Assembly: GCA_965262115.1 (NCBI GenBank)
Contig: OZ253496.1
Coordinates: 992,001-1,056,000, forward strand
Direction: 5' to 3'
DNA length: 64,000 nucleotides
From: Nitrospinales bacterium
GTDB lineage: Bacteria; Nitrospinota; Nitrospinia; Nitrospinales; VA-1
In this document: one piece after another, positions 42,309 to 52,422 of the stretch
How positions within the stretch are numbered: the stretch's first letter is position 1
How the letters are laid out: each line of letters begins with the position of its first letter
The notes under the pieces: generated by a model
The model's input: the letters and a program-made list of their open reading frames with translations, nothing else
What the model was told of the DNA's origin: nothing
The model's database searches: none
Program-made: the position numbers and the translations under genes

Positions 42309-42740
42309 TCCCCCCTGACAAGGGGGGACTGAGGGGGGGTTAAATATACATTGGTTTATATTCCTTATAATCATACGCTGACAAAAAAAGCCCACGAAAA
42401 TCGCAAAACACCAACACCGGCAGAACAAAAATTATGGAGTAATGTTCTACGAGGCAAAAAATTTCAGGACTTGAAATTTTCCCGCCAGAAACCTTTAGAC
42501 AAATACATCGTAGATTTTTATTGTAGCAAATATTTACTGGCGGTCGAAATTGATGGGGATAGCCATGGGGAACAGAAAGAATATGATCGAAGGCGAACTG
42601 AAAGGCTAAATGCTTTAGGTATTACCGTCATCCGCTATACCAATGAAGAGGTGATGACTAATCCTCAAGGTGTCTATGAGGACTTAAAGAAGAAAGTTGC
42701 TCATTTAAGAAAACCCCCTCAATCCCCCTTATCAGGGGGA
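42309..42740. mobile_element. Putative selfish unit: DUF559 gene bracketed by inverted palindromic repeats (42309-42341, 42712-42740)
   Basis: The left repeat reverse-complements to AACCCCCCCTCAGTCCCCCCTTGTCAGGGGGGA; the right repeat is AACCCCCTCAATCCCCCTTATCAGGGGGA. Confidence 0.55.
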
Positions 42741-42749
42741 GGAAAATGA
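42351..42749 (+). CDS. DUF559 (Vsr-like, restriction-endonuclease-fold) protein
   Basis: TPAEQKLW, KFSRQKP, YIVDFYC, AVEIDGDSH, YDRRRT and VIRYTNEEV motifs. Confidence 0.9.
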   Translation: MVYIPYNHTLTKKAHENRKTPTPAEQKLWSNVLRGKKFQDLKFSRQKPLDKYIVDFYCSKYLLAVEIDGDSHGEQKEYDRRRTERLNALGITVIRYTNEEVMTNPQGVYEDLKKKVAHLRKPPQSPLSGGGK

Positions 42750-45343
42750 ACAAAACTCCTTCGATTGAGCAAACATTATCTCAGTTCAAAAAGCTATTTT
42801 CATTCGGGTCCAGCGTCACGCTGGCGGCGGTTCGCCGATCCCCTCCTCTCCTGCCCTTTTTGCTCGCTTACATGAGCGGACTTTGTGGATTCTTTGCCGC
42901 CACCCAACAATTCATTGCTCCTTATTTATTACCGCTTGGCTTGTTTCTCTTTGCCCTGTTTCTCGTTCAACATAAAAAACGGGAATCCATGATTGTTCTT
43001 TTTCTGGCTGGCTTCGGAATCCTCGCCCCGAGCTTTGCGGATTTGAGCCGACCCTCGAACCATATTCTCAATCACATTGAGGAGGGACGAACCACGGTGG
43101 TATAAGGCCGGTTAGTTTCATCACCGCGCGTTCTTGAAGATCGAACGTATTATCTACTTGAACTGGAATCTCTGGACACCAGGCCTATAACCGGAACCGT
43201 GCGGGTGAGTGTTTATAAACCACATTCCGTTTTTAAAGCTGGGGACCGAGTCCGATTCAACAAAATACGTCTTAAAATTCCGCGAAACTTTAAAAATCCC
43301 GGTCGCTTCGATTACCACCTTTATCTGAAGTCGAGAGGCATTGACGTCACCGGAAACATTTCTCGTCCAGAAACCATGGAACGGACAGGCCGGTTCAACC
43401 TGCCCTTCTGGCATACAGGCCCCCAACAATTAAGAGTTCGACTCCTTGAAAGCCTGGAAAAACTTTTTCCCGGGGAGGAAGGCGCCTTGCTCAAAGCCAT
43501 GGTTTTGGGAATGAAAGATTCCCTGCCCGCTGAAGTGCGCGAAAATTATATCGACACCGGGCTGGCCCACCTGATGGCGGTGTCCGGCCTGCATATCGGT
43601 TTTGTGGCGGCGGCCTCTTATTTTATTCTCTGGCCTGTGGTGTTTTATGGACTCTTTCGACTGAAGCCGGACAGCGTCCGCGCCGGACACGCCCGAAAGG
43701 TCACAGCCGTTCTCTGCCTGATCCCGGTTCTTTTCTATATGGTGGTGGTCGGCGCCAAAGTATCTTCGCTCAGAGCGGGTATCATGGTGAGCGCCCTACT
43801 GCTCGCCGTTTTGTTTGACCGGCAAAGCAGTCTCTTCAATGCCTTTCTGGGCGCTGGGTTCATCATCCTGCTGTGGCAACCAGCATCTATATTGGATGTT
43901 GGTTTTCAACTTTCCTTTTTGGCAGTTGGGGGAATCCTGCTGGTCTTCACTCTGTTGTCCGAGATCAGCGATGACCCGGTAGCCCGGATGGGAGAACCCA
44001 CCTGGTCGCAAAAATTGATGCGGGGTTATCCCACCGGCAACCGGAAACCTTTTTGGCAATCACTGAAATTTCGCTTTGAGAAAATTTTGGTCGGCGGAGC
44101 CCTGGTATCGGTCACCGTCACCGCCGTCACCCTCCCGGTTCTGATTTACCAGTTCAACCGCATCAGCCTGGTCGGTGTTTTTTTAAACATCCTCATGGTG
44201 CCTCTGGCCTCCCTTTTGATCCCCGCAGTTTTGCTGATAACAGTTGTGGGAACCGTTTTCCCCGCTCTGGCAGCCCTTCCTGCCCTGCCCGTGCTGGGTA
44301 TCACCCAATTCTTTTTATGGGTGCCAGAAGTTTTTGCGCGCCTCTCTTTCTCCTCCCTCTATGTTCCGACGCCTCCACCCCTGTGGCTGGTATTCTATTT
44401 TTCAGCCTTATTGACCGGACTGCTCGCTTTTCGAATCCGCGCACTGAATCAGGAAGTGGGTGGCTGGCTGAAAAATAGTTTTATCGTTTTTGTCCTGGGC
44501 GCACTGGTTTTATTTTCCTGGCCGCGTGCCTTTCAGTTTCCCGGAAATACCTTGTCCATAAGCGTGCTGGATGTCGGGCAGGGAGAATCCCTTCTCATTG
44601 AGTTTCCCAATGGTGAAACGCTGGTGATGGATGGCGGAGGGTTTTATAAAAACCGGCTCGATGTCGGCAGGCGGGTGGTCGCACCTTTTTTGTGGAACAG
44701 GGGCATTCGAAAAATTGATTATATGGTCGCCACCCATTCCGACAACGACCATATTCGTGGATTGTATGCCCTGCTTGATCTTTTCCCGGTCAAACATTTT
44801 CTGACCCTGGGCGATAATTTTGTGGGCAAACTACTCGGTAGACTACAAAATCAGGCACGGAGTAAGGGCGCGAAACTCTTTCCCTTAAAGATGAACAAAC
44901 CCATCCAATTTGGTGAGGTCCAACTCATCCCTCTGCATCCGGAGCCGGGGGGGCCCTCTGATCCAGATCGAAGGATCGACAACGACCTTTCGCTGGTCAT
45001 GCGTCTTGAGTACAGAAATTTCAGCATGTTGTTCACCGGTGACATCAGCGATAAAGTAGAGGGAAAACTGGCAAACTCCCAACAATCGCTTAAAGCAGAT
45101 ATATTAAAAGCCCCACATCACGGCAGCCGGTTTTCCAATTCGTCGGCATTTATCGAGGCGGTCGACCCGGGAACCGTGATATTTTCCAGCGGTTACCTCA
45201 ACCGCATGCGCCACCCCCATCCGGAAACACTGGAACGCTACCAGAAGGCGGACGTCGATATCCGCCGCACCGATGCACACGGCGCGATACAAGTCATCAC
45301 CGATGGGATCTCCTACGAAATACGCACACACGAAGCCTTTTAA
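42746..45343 (+). pseudogene. comEC: DNA internalisation competence protein ComEC/Rec2 interrupted by an in-frame TAA (43103-43105)
   Basis: ORFs 42746..43105 and 43199..45343 are in the same frame, separated by one TAA. Motifs NPGRFDY, GLAHLMAVSGLH, LDVGQG, THSDNDH, FTGD, PHHGS, HPHPE. Confidence 0.88.
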
Positions 45344-45427
45344 GAAACGGGATTGACATTTTCCCGCCTGCCTTTATATTGAGCTCTTACCATTCCCAAA
45401 ACCTTTTGAAATATCGAAAGCCCCGTC

Positions 45428-45955
45428 ATGAGCCCCAAGCCGGAACGCCGAGCCAAAATTCTCATCGTGGATGACTCGAAAACCATTGTCGCCCTCATTA
45501 AATCCATCCTGAAAGAAGACTACGACACTGTTACTGCCAGCAACGGACTTGAGGCCATCGAAGTTAACAATCGGGCAAAGCCCGACCTCATCCTCATGGA
45601 TGTGGAAATGCCGGTCATGGATGGTTTTGAGGCCTGCAAAAAAATCAAGGAACAAAGCAAAAACACCTTCATCCCTATCATCTTCATCACCAGCAAAGGG
45701 GATTTGCAAAGACGGAAAATCCTTCTGCCGTCTGACAGCAAACTGATCTGCTACACGGATGGGCTCACCGAAGTCCGCGGCAAGGGTACCAATATGTATG
45801 GCTTGAATCGGTTGGGGAAAAAATCTCTGAAGCTGGGCCAATCCCAAAACGCCAATGAACTGGGGCTGGCCCTCAAAAAAAATGCGCAGGATTTTCTTGG
45901 CGAGTGCGAATTCACCGACGACTTCACCTTAATTATTATAGAAACCGAGGGCTAA
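45428..45955 (+). pseudogene. Response regulator-PP2C (SpoIIE/RsbU-like) phosphatase with an in-frame internal deletion
   Basis: The REC domain (ILIVDD, DLILMD, IPIIFITSK) stops before its conserved KP. It joins directly to the C-terminal part of PP2C (CYTDGLTE...YG...DDFT); the N-terminal PP2C motifs are absent. Confidence 0.75.
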
Positions 45956-46581
45956 ACTCGAAGGAATAAGTGGTAAAGAGTAAATTTTCTTTTTGCAAGA
46001 TCATGCTTTGTTTCGTCGATTTTTTTGGGGTTTATAGGGGAAGGGGCCAGCGTAGAATTTGATTCCAATAATAGAGGTTTTCGTTTCTTTTCAATCAATT
46101 GTTTTACAGCTTCTTTTGCTTTTTGTTTTTCTCCGTCTAAGACATAACCTATCATTCCACCAGAATGAAGCTCAGGACTGTATTTCCCCAAAACAAAACA
46201 CATCATACCCTGGTCGCCCACATAATCACTGGTATTCGTTACTAGAGAACCAGAAGGGGTAATATAACGAAGCCTTTTGCATTCAAAAGCAAAATAAACC
46301 TGTTCATCCACTTCTTGGAGAAAACGTATGTCTATCCTCCCGGTTTCCCGCCCTTCCTCATCAGGCAATATAATTTCTGGGTCAATATTAAAGGGTAGTT
46401 CAGGAAATCCCTTTTGACTCCTGAGAAACATTACAAACCTGAGATTAAGAGGATTTTCTTTATCATCTGATTTAGGTTTTTTAAATTTGTCCCAAGAACT
46501 CAAAACAAGTTCTAAAATATCTAAAACAAAACCATCAGGGAATAAATTTTTGTGAAAACCCGGATCACCTGTTGAACTCAA
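45952..46581 (-). CDS. Putative PD-(D/E)XK nuclease
   Basis: E...GRIDIRF...FAFECKRL motif; starts 6 nt after the MTase stop. Confidence 0.7.
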   Translation of the reverse strand: MSSTGDPGFHKNLFPDGFVLDILELVLSSWDKFKKPKSDDKENPLNLRFVMFLRSQKGFPELPFNIDPEIILPDEEGRETGRIDIRFLQEVDEQVYFAFECKRLRYITPSGSLVTNTSDYVGDQGMMCFVLGKYSPELHSGGMIGYVLDGEKQKAKEAVKQLIEKKRKPLLLESNSTLAPSPINPKKIDETKHDLAKRKFTLYHLFLRV

Positions 46582-46587
46582 TTAACT

Positions 46588-49500
46588 TTATCTCCCTGTC
46601 TTTAAAATTTCAGCGGCAATTTCATCGGCATCATTAAGAGCTGCTGTTTTGGTCCAATGCCTGTGCTCAAGAGGTTTAATGATATGTATCTCTTCTTGGT
46701 CAAATATTTTCAAGCCACGAAAATATGAAATTCGCCCCACTTTTTTAGGGAGAAAATTTTTCAATCTGGATAGAGCAACTTGCAAGTGCTCTGGAGACTC
46801 CTTTTCTTTGTAAGGAAAACTTGTCGTAGAATTTTTAAGCGTTAAAATACCTAACCCAGATTTGGACGAATAGGTTATTGCCCCGCTAACCCTCCGATCA
46901 CTACGCTTGGCCCAATTATTGATTACTGCACATAGGCAATCCACATAATTGCTACGAATGCCTCTTGTGGAAGGCTTAACCGTTGGAATGTTGGAAGTCA
47001 GTGTGGAAGGTGTTGAACTGGGCTCAAAGATTTGAAAGGTATCTTCTATGAGGAATTGATCCCATTCTGATATTTCATAATAGTCATAAATCAATGGTTC
47101 AACATATCTCTTTAGTGCGTCTACTTCTTCCTTCTTCCCAAGGATGGTCTCTTCAATTCTTGACCCTACCCGTTTAATCTGATTAGCTACCTTTTCAATT
47201 ATTAAGGCTGATTTTTGAGGATTAGAGGTTTCCTCTGGAAAAGGAAATGGTAGGCGCAACAATTCAAAAAGGTGGACTTTGTCCCTTTCGGTTCCCCAAT
47301 TTGCTGCTGTATGAAAGAGATAGAAAGTAGCAAGTTTGGAATTGAACACAGCGTTTAGAAAAAGCAAAAGATCTTCATCCTTTTTAGGGCCACAAATGGA
47401 TTGAAGAGAATCTCGGAAAAGAATATCGAATTCACAAAAAGCAAATTTTGAAAACCCTTGGTTGATAAGAATTAAAGGTCCTTTGAAAATTCTCGGATCT
47501 CTTATTCTATGCAAAGCTCTAAATCTATCCTTAATTTCATCGCAATCTTTTTTAAGAAGAACGTAATTAATTGCCTTGCTCCTGGCATCAGCAAACAAAT
47601 GACCTGGACCCCACCAAGGTGACTTCGGCGACTTGCTTGTGCTCCGAGAATCAGGAATGAACCCCTGCCCCTTAATCCATCTTTTTCCCTCCCTTGCCTC
47701 TCCCACAAACTCATTCAGCTTAGGCAAACAAAGCAACCGATCTAAAAGCCTAACGTCCCTTGGTGTCCCCCAAAACAACTTCTTCCATAAAACAGAGGTT
47801 TCTCCTTTTCGAGAATACTTAAAAATATCCTTTAATTTTATTTTTTTGCAATCTCCTGGGAATAAAGTGACAACGCCGTTACGCGGATCAATTCGGCTGA
47901 CTTTGGGAATTTGATAATCGATCTGAGCATTTTCAATTTTAGGCCTTCCAGAAGAAAACCTCGTTATGACAGCAGGGCAAATAGCATTTTTAAACAAAAT
48001 AAAGCGCATATCTGAAAGTTGGATAACCGTATCAACAGAAACTTCTCTGAACCAGAGGTTCTGAAATTTGTCAGTTCTTTTGTCAGTTCTATTGAGAAAT
48101 AATTTCGATGGTAAAACTTTGCAACCTCTCCCTTTTGAATTTAAATGTAATGGAGCTTTCCAGGCAAAAACGTGAGCAATTTGGTCCTGCGGCATAAAGG
48201 TTAGTTCGCGATCCTTCTTGTTGGCCGACACTTTTTCTAACCAAGGGTTAGAATCGCTTTGACACCAATCCTCTGCTTTTTTGTCAGAGTTTTGTCCCCT
48301 TCCTATCCAGGGAGGATTTCCAATAACTAAATCAAAATCGGTGGCTATAGGGATTTTAGGATCAAAAAAATTTCCTTCGATAATTACCGGTCGGCCTTTG
48401 TCTTTGACTTTATAATTTTTCTTTTCAAGGGCAAGAAGATTTGGGAGGATTTTATCGTATTTTTCTTTTAGATCATCAATATCCCTAGGTGAAAGTTGGT
48501 CAAGAAAAGCCAAGTACAAGCTAAAACAAGTTACCCGACAAGCAGTTTCTTTGACGTCCACACCACAAAGATTGTTCTGTATGATCTTTACAAGCTCCCT
48601 GGCTTTTGTAATGTTTCTTTTATTTGGGTTCTTAAGCCGCCATTCTTCGGCCATTCGATTGAAAAGAATAACCAGAAAAATTCCTGAGCCGCAAGAAGGG
48701 TCGAGAACCTTCTTATCCAGCAGGGAATCCCAGCCTTCGACTGCAATATCCACAGTCAATTCGGCCAATAGCTTTGGAGTGTAGTACGCTCCGAGTTTTC
48801 TTTGCCATTCAATGTCCTCGGCAGCCAAAAACTCTTCATAAATTGCACTAATCGTTTCAATGGGAATAATACTGAAGTCATAGATTTCAAACTCGAAACT
48901 CCTTTGCCCCTTGTGCAAGTTCTCCATATTTAAAAATCGTTGCAACGTTTCTATGTGTTCCGGAAGGATTTTACTTTCCTCTTCAGCAATATCTTCATCA
49001 AACAAACTTCCATTGAAAATCTTTTGTAATATTTTGAAGAGTTTATATAAAATCGTTTTGGCTTTTGGAGGATCATACGAATTAAAAAGTTCTTTGAGGG
49101 AAACAACATTGCGAGCGCCAGCTTTTGAAAAGTGTGCAGAGCTAATAATTCCTCTATCAACCAAATAGCAGGTGAATATAATTCGACCAAGGAAAGCATG
49201 AATGGTTGGGTAGTCTAAATCGCTCCCAGACTGTTTTATTTTGTCCCGGAGTTCACTCAGGTTTTCCAGTAGATAGTGATCGACCGTGTTGCTTGGTTTG
49301 AAATAGTCCTTATGCTCCCTATAATATTGACCTGTCTCTACACTTTGGACCAATTGTTGGATTTCTAATACTTTAGTGGTTTTTTCTAAAGTATCTATCA
49401 GTATTTGGCTTTGACTATTTTTGTCATAGGACCTAACAGGGGGCATCAAGCCGGAAAAAATTAGAACTTCAGTTTTGCTGGCAATTATTAGTAAGGTGGC

Positions 49501-49763
49501 AAAACCTTGGTTCCAAAGTTGGCTTTGAAGAATTTGGATTTTTGTTGGATCAATTTGATCCACTTCTTTAAAATAAATAGTCGGTTTGCTCTCGATACAA
49601 TAAATCCCTGACAACTCCATAACTTCCCAAGCTCGTCTCATGATGTGGGAGTATGGATGCCTTCTGGTCTGGTTATTAAGCTCCTCTAATGATCGAAAAA
49701 AAAAGGGGGTTTAATCGACTTTAAGTGAAATATTCTAAGAAGCTCTTGGCTGGCTACATTCAT
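46588..49763 (-). CDS. Large N6-adenine DNA methyltransferase (gamma class, Eco57I/type IIG-like) with an N-terminal T9 frameshift
   Basis: GAYYTP, VLDPSCGSGIFL (motif I), DLVIGNPPW (motif IV), long C-terminal TRD-like region. The intact ORF is 49641..46588; upstream ATG 49763 comes into frame if the T9 tract (49696-49704) gains one base. Confidence 0.85.
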
Positions 49764-50009
49764 TTGTCAGAACACAGGGGTGATGTTACGACATCAGCCC
49801 CATAACCACTTAAAAAACAAAGGCTAATTGCGCAACTTTGGAGTCCATTATAAATGTAAAAATTCAAAACTTCAATCCCGATTTCACCGACGACTTCACC
49901 CTGGTAATTGTGGAAGTCGCCGCCAGCGTGACGCTGGTGGTTGTGATTTGAGGCATTATTTGGTATAAAGGTTGTTTTCCTAAACCTTTAAACACTGGCA
50001 CGAACAATT

Positions 50010-50216
50010 ATGGCAAACGTAGAAAAATTGCAGGAACACCTTAAAAAGGCCAAATCCAAACTGGCGGAGTCCAAAGGAGACGCAGCTGAAATCCGCAAAT
50101 TAAAAAAGAAAACCAAACGGCTGGCCAGAAAGTCCAACAAAATCACCGCTACCGAAAAAATAGCCGAACTGAAAAAGAAAAAGAAAAAAGACCGTAAAGA
50201 AGCTTCCTCAGAATAA
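50010..50216 (+). CDS. Small lysine-rich hypothetical protein
   Basis: 68-aa ORF co-oriented upstream of gatC. Confidence 0.6.
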   Translation: MANVEKLQEHLKKAKSKLAESKGDAAEIRKLKKKTKRLARKSNKITATEKIAELKKKKKKDRKEASSE

Positions 50217-50266
50217 GCAGGTAGTAATCCGTAATCTGAACAGGTTTGAACCAACTGGAGATACCG

Positions 50267-50545
50267 GTGTCTTTTGATATCGAACATATGGCCGTGCTGG
50301 CACGGTTGAAATTGACCCCTGATGAAAAAGTGCGGCTCTCTGGCCAAATGGGGACGATTCTCGAATACATCGAAAAACTCAACGGACTCAATACCGATGA
50401 TGTGGAACCAACAGCGCATGTGCTAGGAATCAATAACGTGTTCCGCGATGATGAACCGGTAACAAAACCCCTCGCCGACCACAACCCGATTTCCGATTCA
50501 CCGGCACACAACAAAGGGCATTACGAAGTCCCGCAGATCATTTAA
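50267..50545 (+). CDS. gatC: Asp/Glu-tRNA amidotransferase subunit C
   Basis: [28 protein letters not shown] motifs; GGAG plus GTG start. Confidence 0.92.
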   Translation: MSFDIEHMAVLARLKLTPDEKVRLSGQMGTILEYIEKLNGLNTDDVEPTAHVLGINNVFRDDEPVTKPLADHNPISDSPAHNKGHYEVPQII

Positions 50546-50552
50546 ATCCTAC

Positions 50553-52004
50553 ATGCATCGCACAACCATCACCCAGGCGCGGGAACTTCTCAGCAATAAA
50601 AAACTCAGTTCCGTGCAATTGACCGAGGCCGTGTTCGCACGCATCGACCAGGTGGAAAGCAAAGTCCAGGCTTTCGTGCACCTGACCCGCGAGAAAGCTT
50701 TAGAGCAAGCCCGGAAGGCAGACGCCCGGATCGCCGCTGGGGAAGAAGCCCCGCTTCTCGGTGTCCCTATCGCCCTTAAAGATCTGATCTGCACCGAAGG
50801 CAGTCGCACCACCTGTTCATCAAAAATTTTAGACCAGTTTGTTTCCCATTATAACGCCACCGTCACCGAAAGGTTGTATCAGGCCGGAGCCGTGATCGTG
50901 GGTAAGACCAATATGGACGAGTTTGCCATGGGGTCTTCCACCGAAAACTCGCATCACCACCCGACGATGAATCCCTGGGCTTTGGACCGGGTTCCCGGTG
51001 GTTCCAGCGGAGGTTCTTCCGCCGCTGTTTCGGCGCACGAATGCGTCGCCGCGCTCGGAAGCGATACCGGGGGTTCCATCCGCCAGCCGGCCAGCTTTTG
51101 CGGTGTGACTGGACTCAAACCCACTTACGGTAGGGTGTCGCGATTTGGATTGGTGGCCTTTGCCTCCTCTCTCGATCAGATCGGGCCATTGACAAAAACC
51201 GTTGCCGATGCGGCGACTTTGATGAACGTAATCGGCGGCAAAGATCCGCGCGATTCCACCTCCGCCGATATCGCGCTTCCCGATTTCACCCAGGCCCTGC
51301 AGAAAGATGTGAAGGGCATGAAACTCGGCATCCCGAAAGAATACTTCGCCACCGGCGGAATCAATCCGGAAATTGAAAAATTGGTACAGGAAGGCATCCG
51401 CACTCTTGAGTCATTGGGAATGCAAACGGTGGAAGTTTCTTTACCGCATCTCGACTACGCCGTCGCCGCCTATTACATCATCGCCTGTGCCGAAGCCAGC
51501 ACCAACCTTTCACGCTACGACGGTGTCAAATATGGTTATCGCACCGAAAAGTTCGACAACCTCCTTAATATGTATGAGAACACTCGTGAGGAAGGTTTTG
51601 GCGAAGAAGTTAAACGGCGCATAATTCTCGGAACCTTCGTGCTCAGTTCCGGTTACTACGATGCCTATTATTTGAAAGGCCAGAAGGTGCGGACATTGAT
51701 CAAGCAGGATTTTGAAAACGCGTTGGGACAATGTGATGTCATCGCTTCACCGGTCACCCCCTACCCGGCTTTCAAGCTCGGGGAAAAACTGGACGATCCA
51801 CTACAGATGTATCTGGCAGATATTTATACCATCTCCGCCAACCTCGCCGGCATACCGGCCATGTCAATTCCCTGCGGCTTTTCCGATGGCCTCCCTGTCG
51901 GATTGCAGTTGATGGGCAGGCATTTTGATGAAGAAACCCTCATCACAGTCGGGCACAAGTTCCAGCAGGCCACCGATTTCCATACCCAGGAAGCCCCGCT
52001 ATAG
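50553..52004 (+). CDS. gatA: Asp/Glu-tRNA amidotransferase subunit A
   Basis: [33 protein letters not shown] and EVKRRIILG motifs. Confidence 0.97.
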   Translation: MHRTTITQARELLSNKKLSSVQLTEAVFARIDQVESKVQAFVHLTREKALEQARKADARIAAGEEAPLLGVPIALKDLICTEGSRTTCSSKILDQFVSHYNATVTERLYQAGAVIVGKTNMDEFAMGSSTENSHHHPTMNPWALDRVPGGSSGGSSAAVSAHECVAALGSDTGGSIRQPASFCGVTGLKPTYGRVSRFGLVAFASSLDQIGPLTKTVADAATLMNVIGGKDPRDSTSADIALPDFTQALQKDVKGMKLGIPKEYFATGGINPEIEKLVQEGIRTLESLGMQTVEVSLPHLDYAVAAYYIIACAEASTNLSRYDGVKYGYRTEKFDNLLNMYENTREEGFGEEVKRRIILGTFVLSSGYYDAYYLKGQKVRTLIKQDFENALGQCDVIASPVTPYPAFKLGEKLDDPLQMYLADIYTISANLAGIPAMSIPCGFSDGLPVGLQLMGRHFDEETLITVGHKFQQATDFHTQEAPL

Positions 52005-52087
52005 CCGATCACCCCGCCAAAAAATCTATAGTTTGAATGTAAATATTATTTTATCTCGCCCGCCCATCCCGTAAAAAAACAGGGACA

Positions 52088-52315
52088 AAAGTCCTTGCCA
52101 GTGTTACTGAAAAAACCCAAACCCTTGCCGGAGCATCGGAAGAGTTGACCGCCACCAGCCAGCAGATGGCCAGCAACGCCGAAGAAACCTCGGCTCAGGC
52201 CACTGTGGTCTCCTCGGCCTCCGAGCAAGTGAATATGAACATTCAAACAGTGGCAGGCGAATTGTCGAAACTGGCAGCAGATCTGCAGGATATTGTCAGT
52301 CAGTTTAACGGGTAA
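52088..52315 (+). pseudogene. Methyl-accepting chemotaxis protein remnant
   Basis: Reads KVLASVTEKTQTLAGASEELTATSQQMASNAEETSAQATVVSSASEQVNMNIQTVA|GELSKLAADLQDIVSQFNG*: methylation helices and C-terminus, with no start, sensor or signalling hairpin. Confidence 0.75.
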
Positions 52316-52422
52316 GGTCAAACGAAAGAGCTCCGGCTGATGGCCGGGGCTCTACCGTGGGGGCAGTAGCAAGGAATTTTTCAACCGAGATAAATCTTTG
52401 CCCCCAATTAAGCTATTGCTAA

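Larger units (their letters stand above)
45911..49900. mobile_element. AT-rich integrated cassette bounded by the 18-bp direct repeat TTCACCGACGACTTCACC (45911-45928, 49883-49900)
   Basis: Exact direct repeat; duplicated 3' end of the target gene (EFTDDFTLIIIE vs DFTDDFTLVIVE); abrupt composition shift. Confidence 0.75.
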
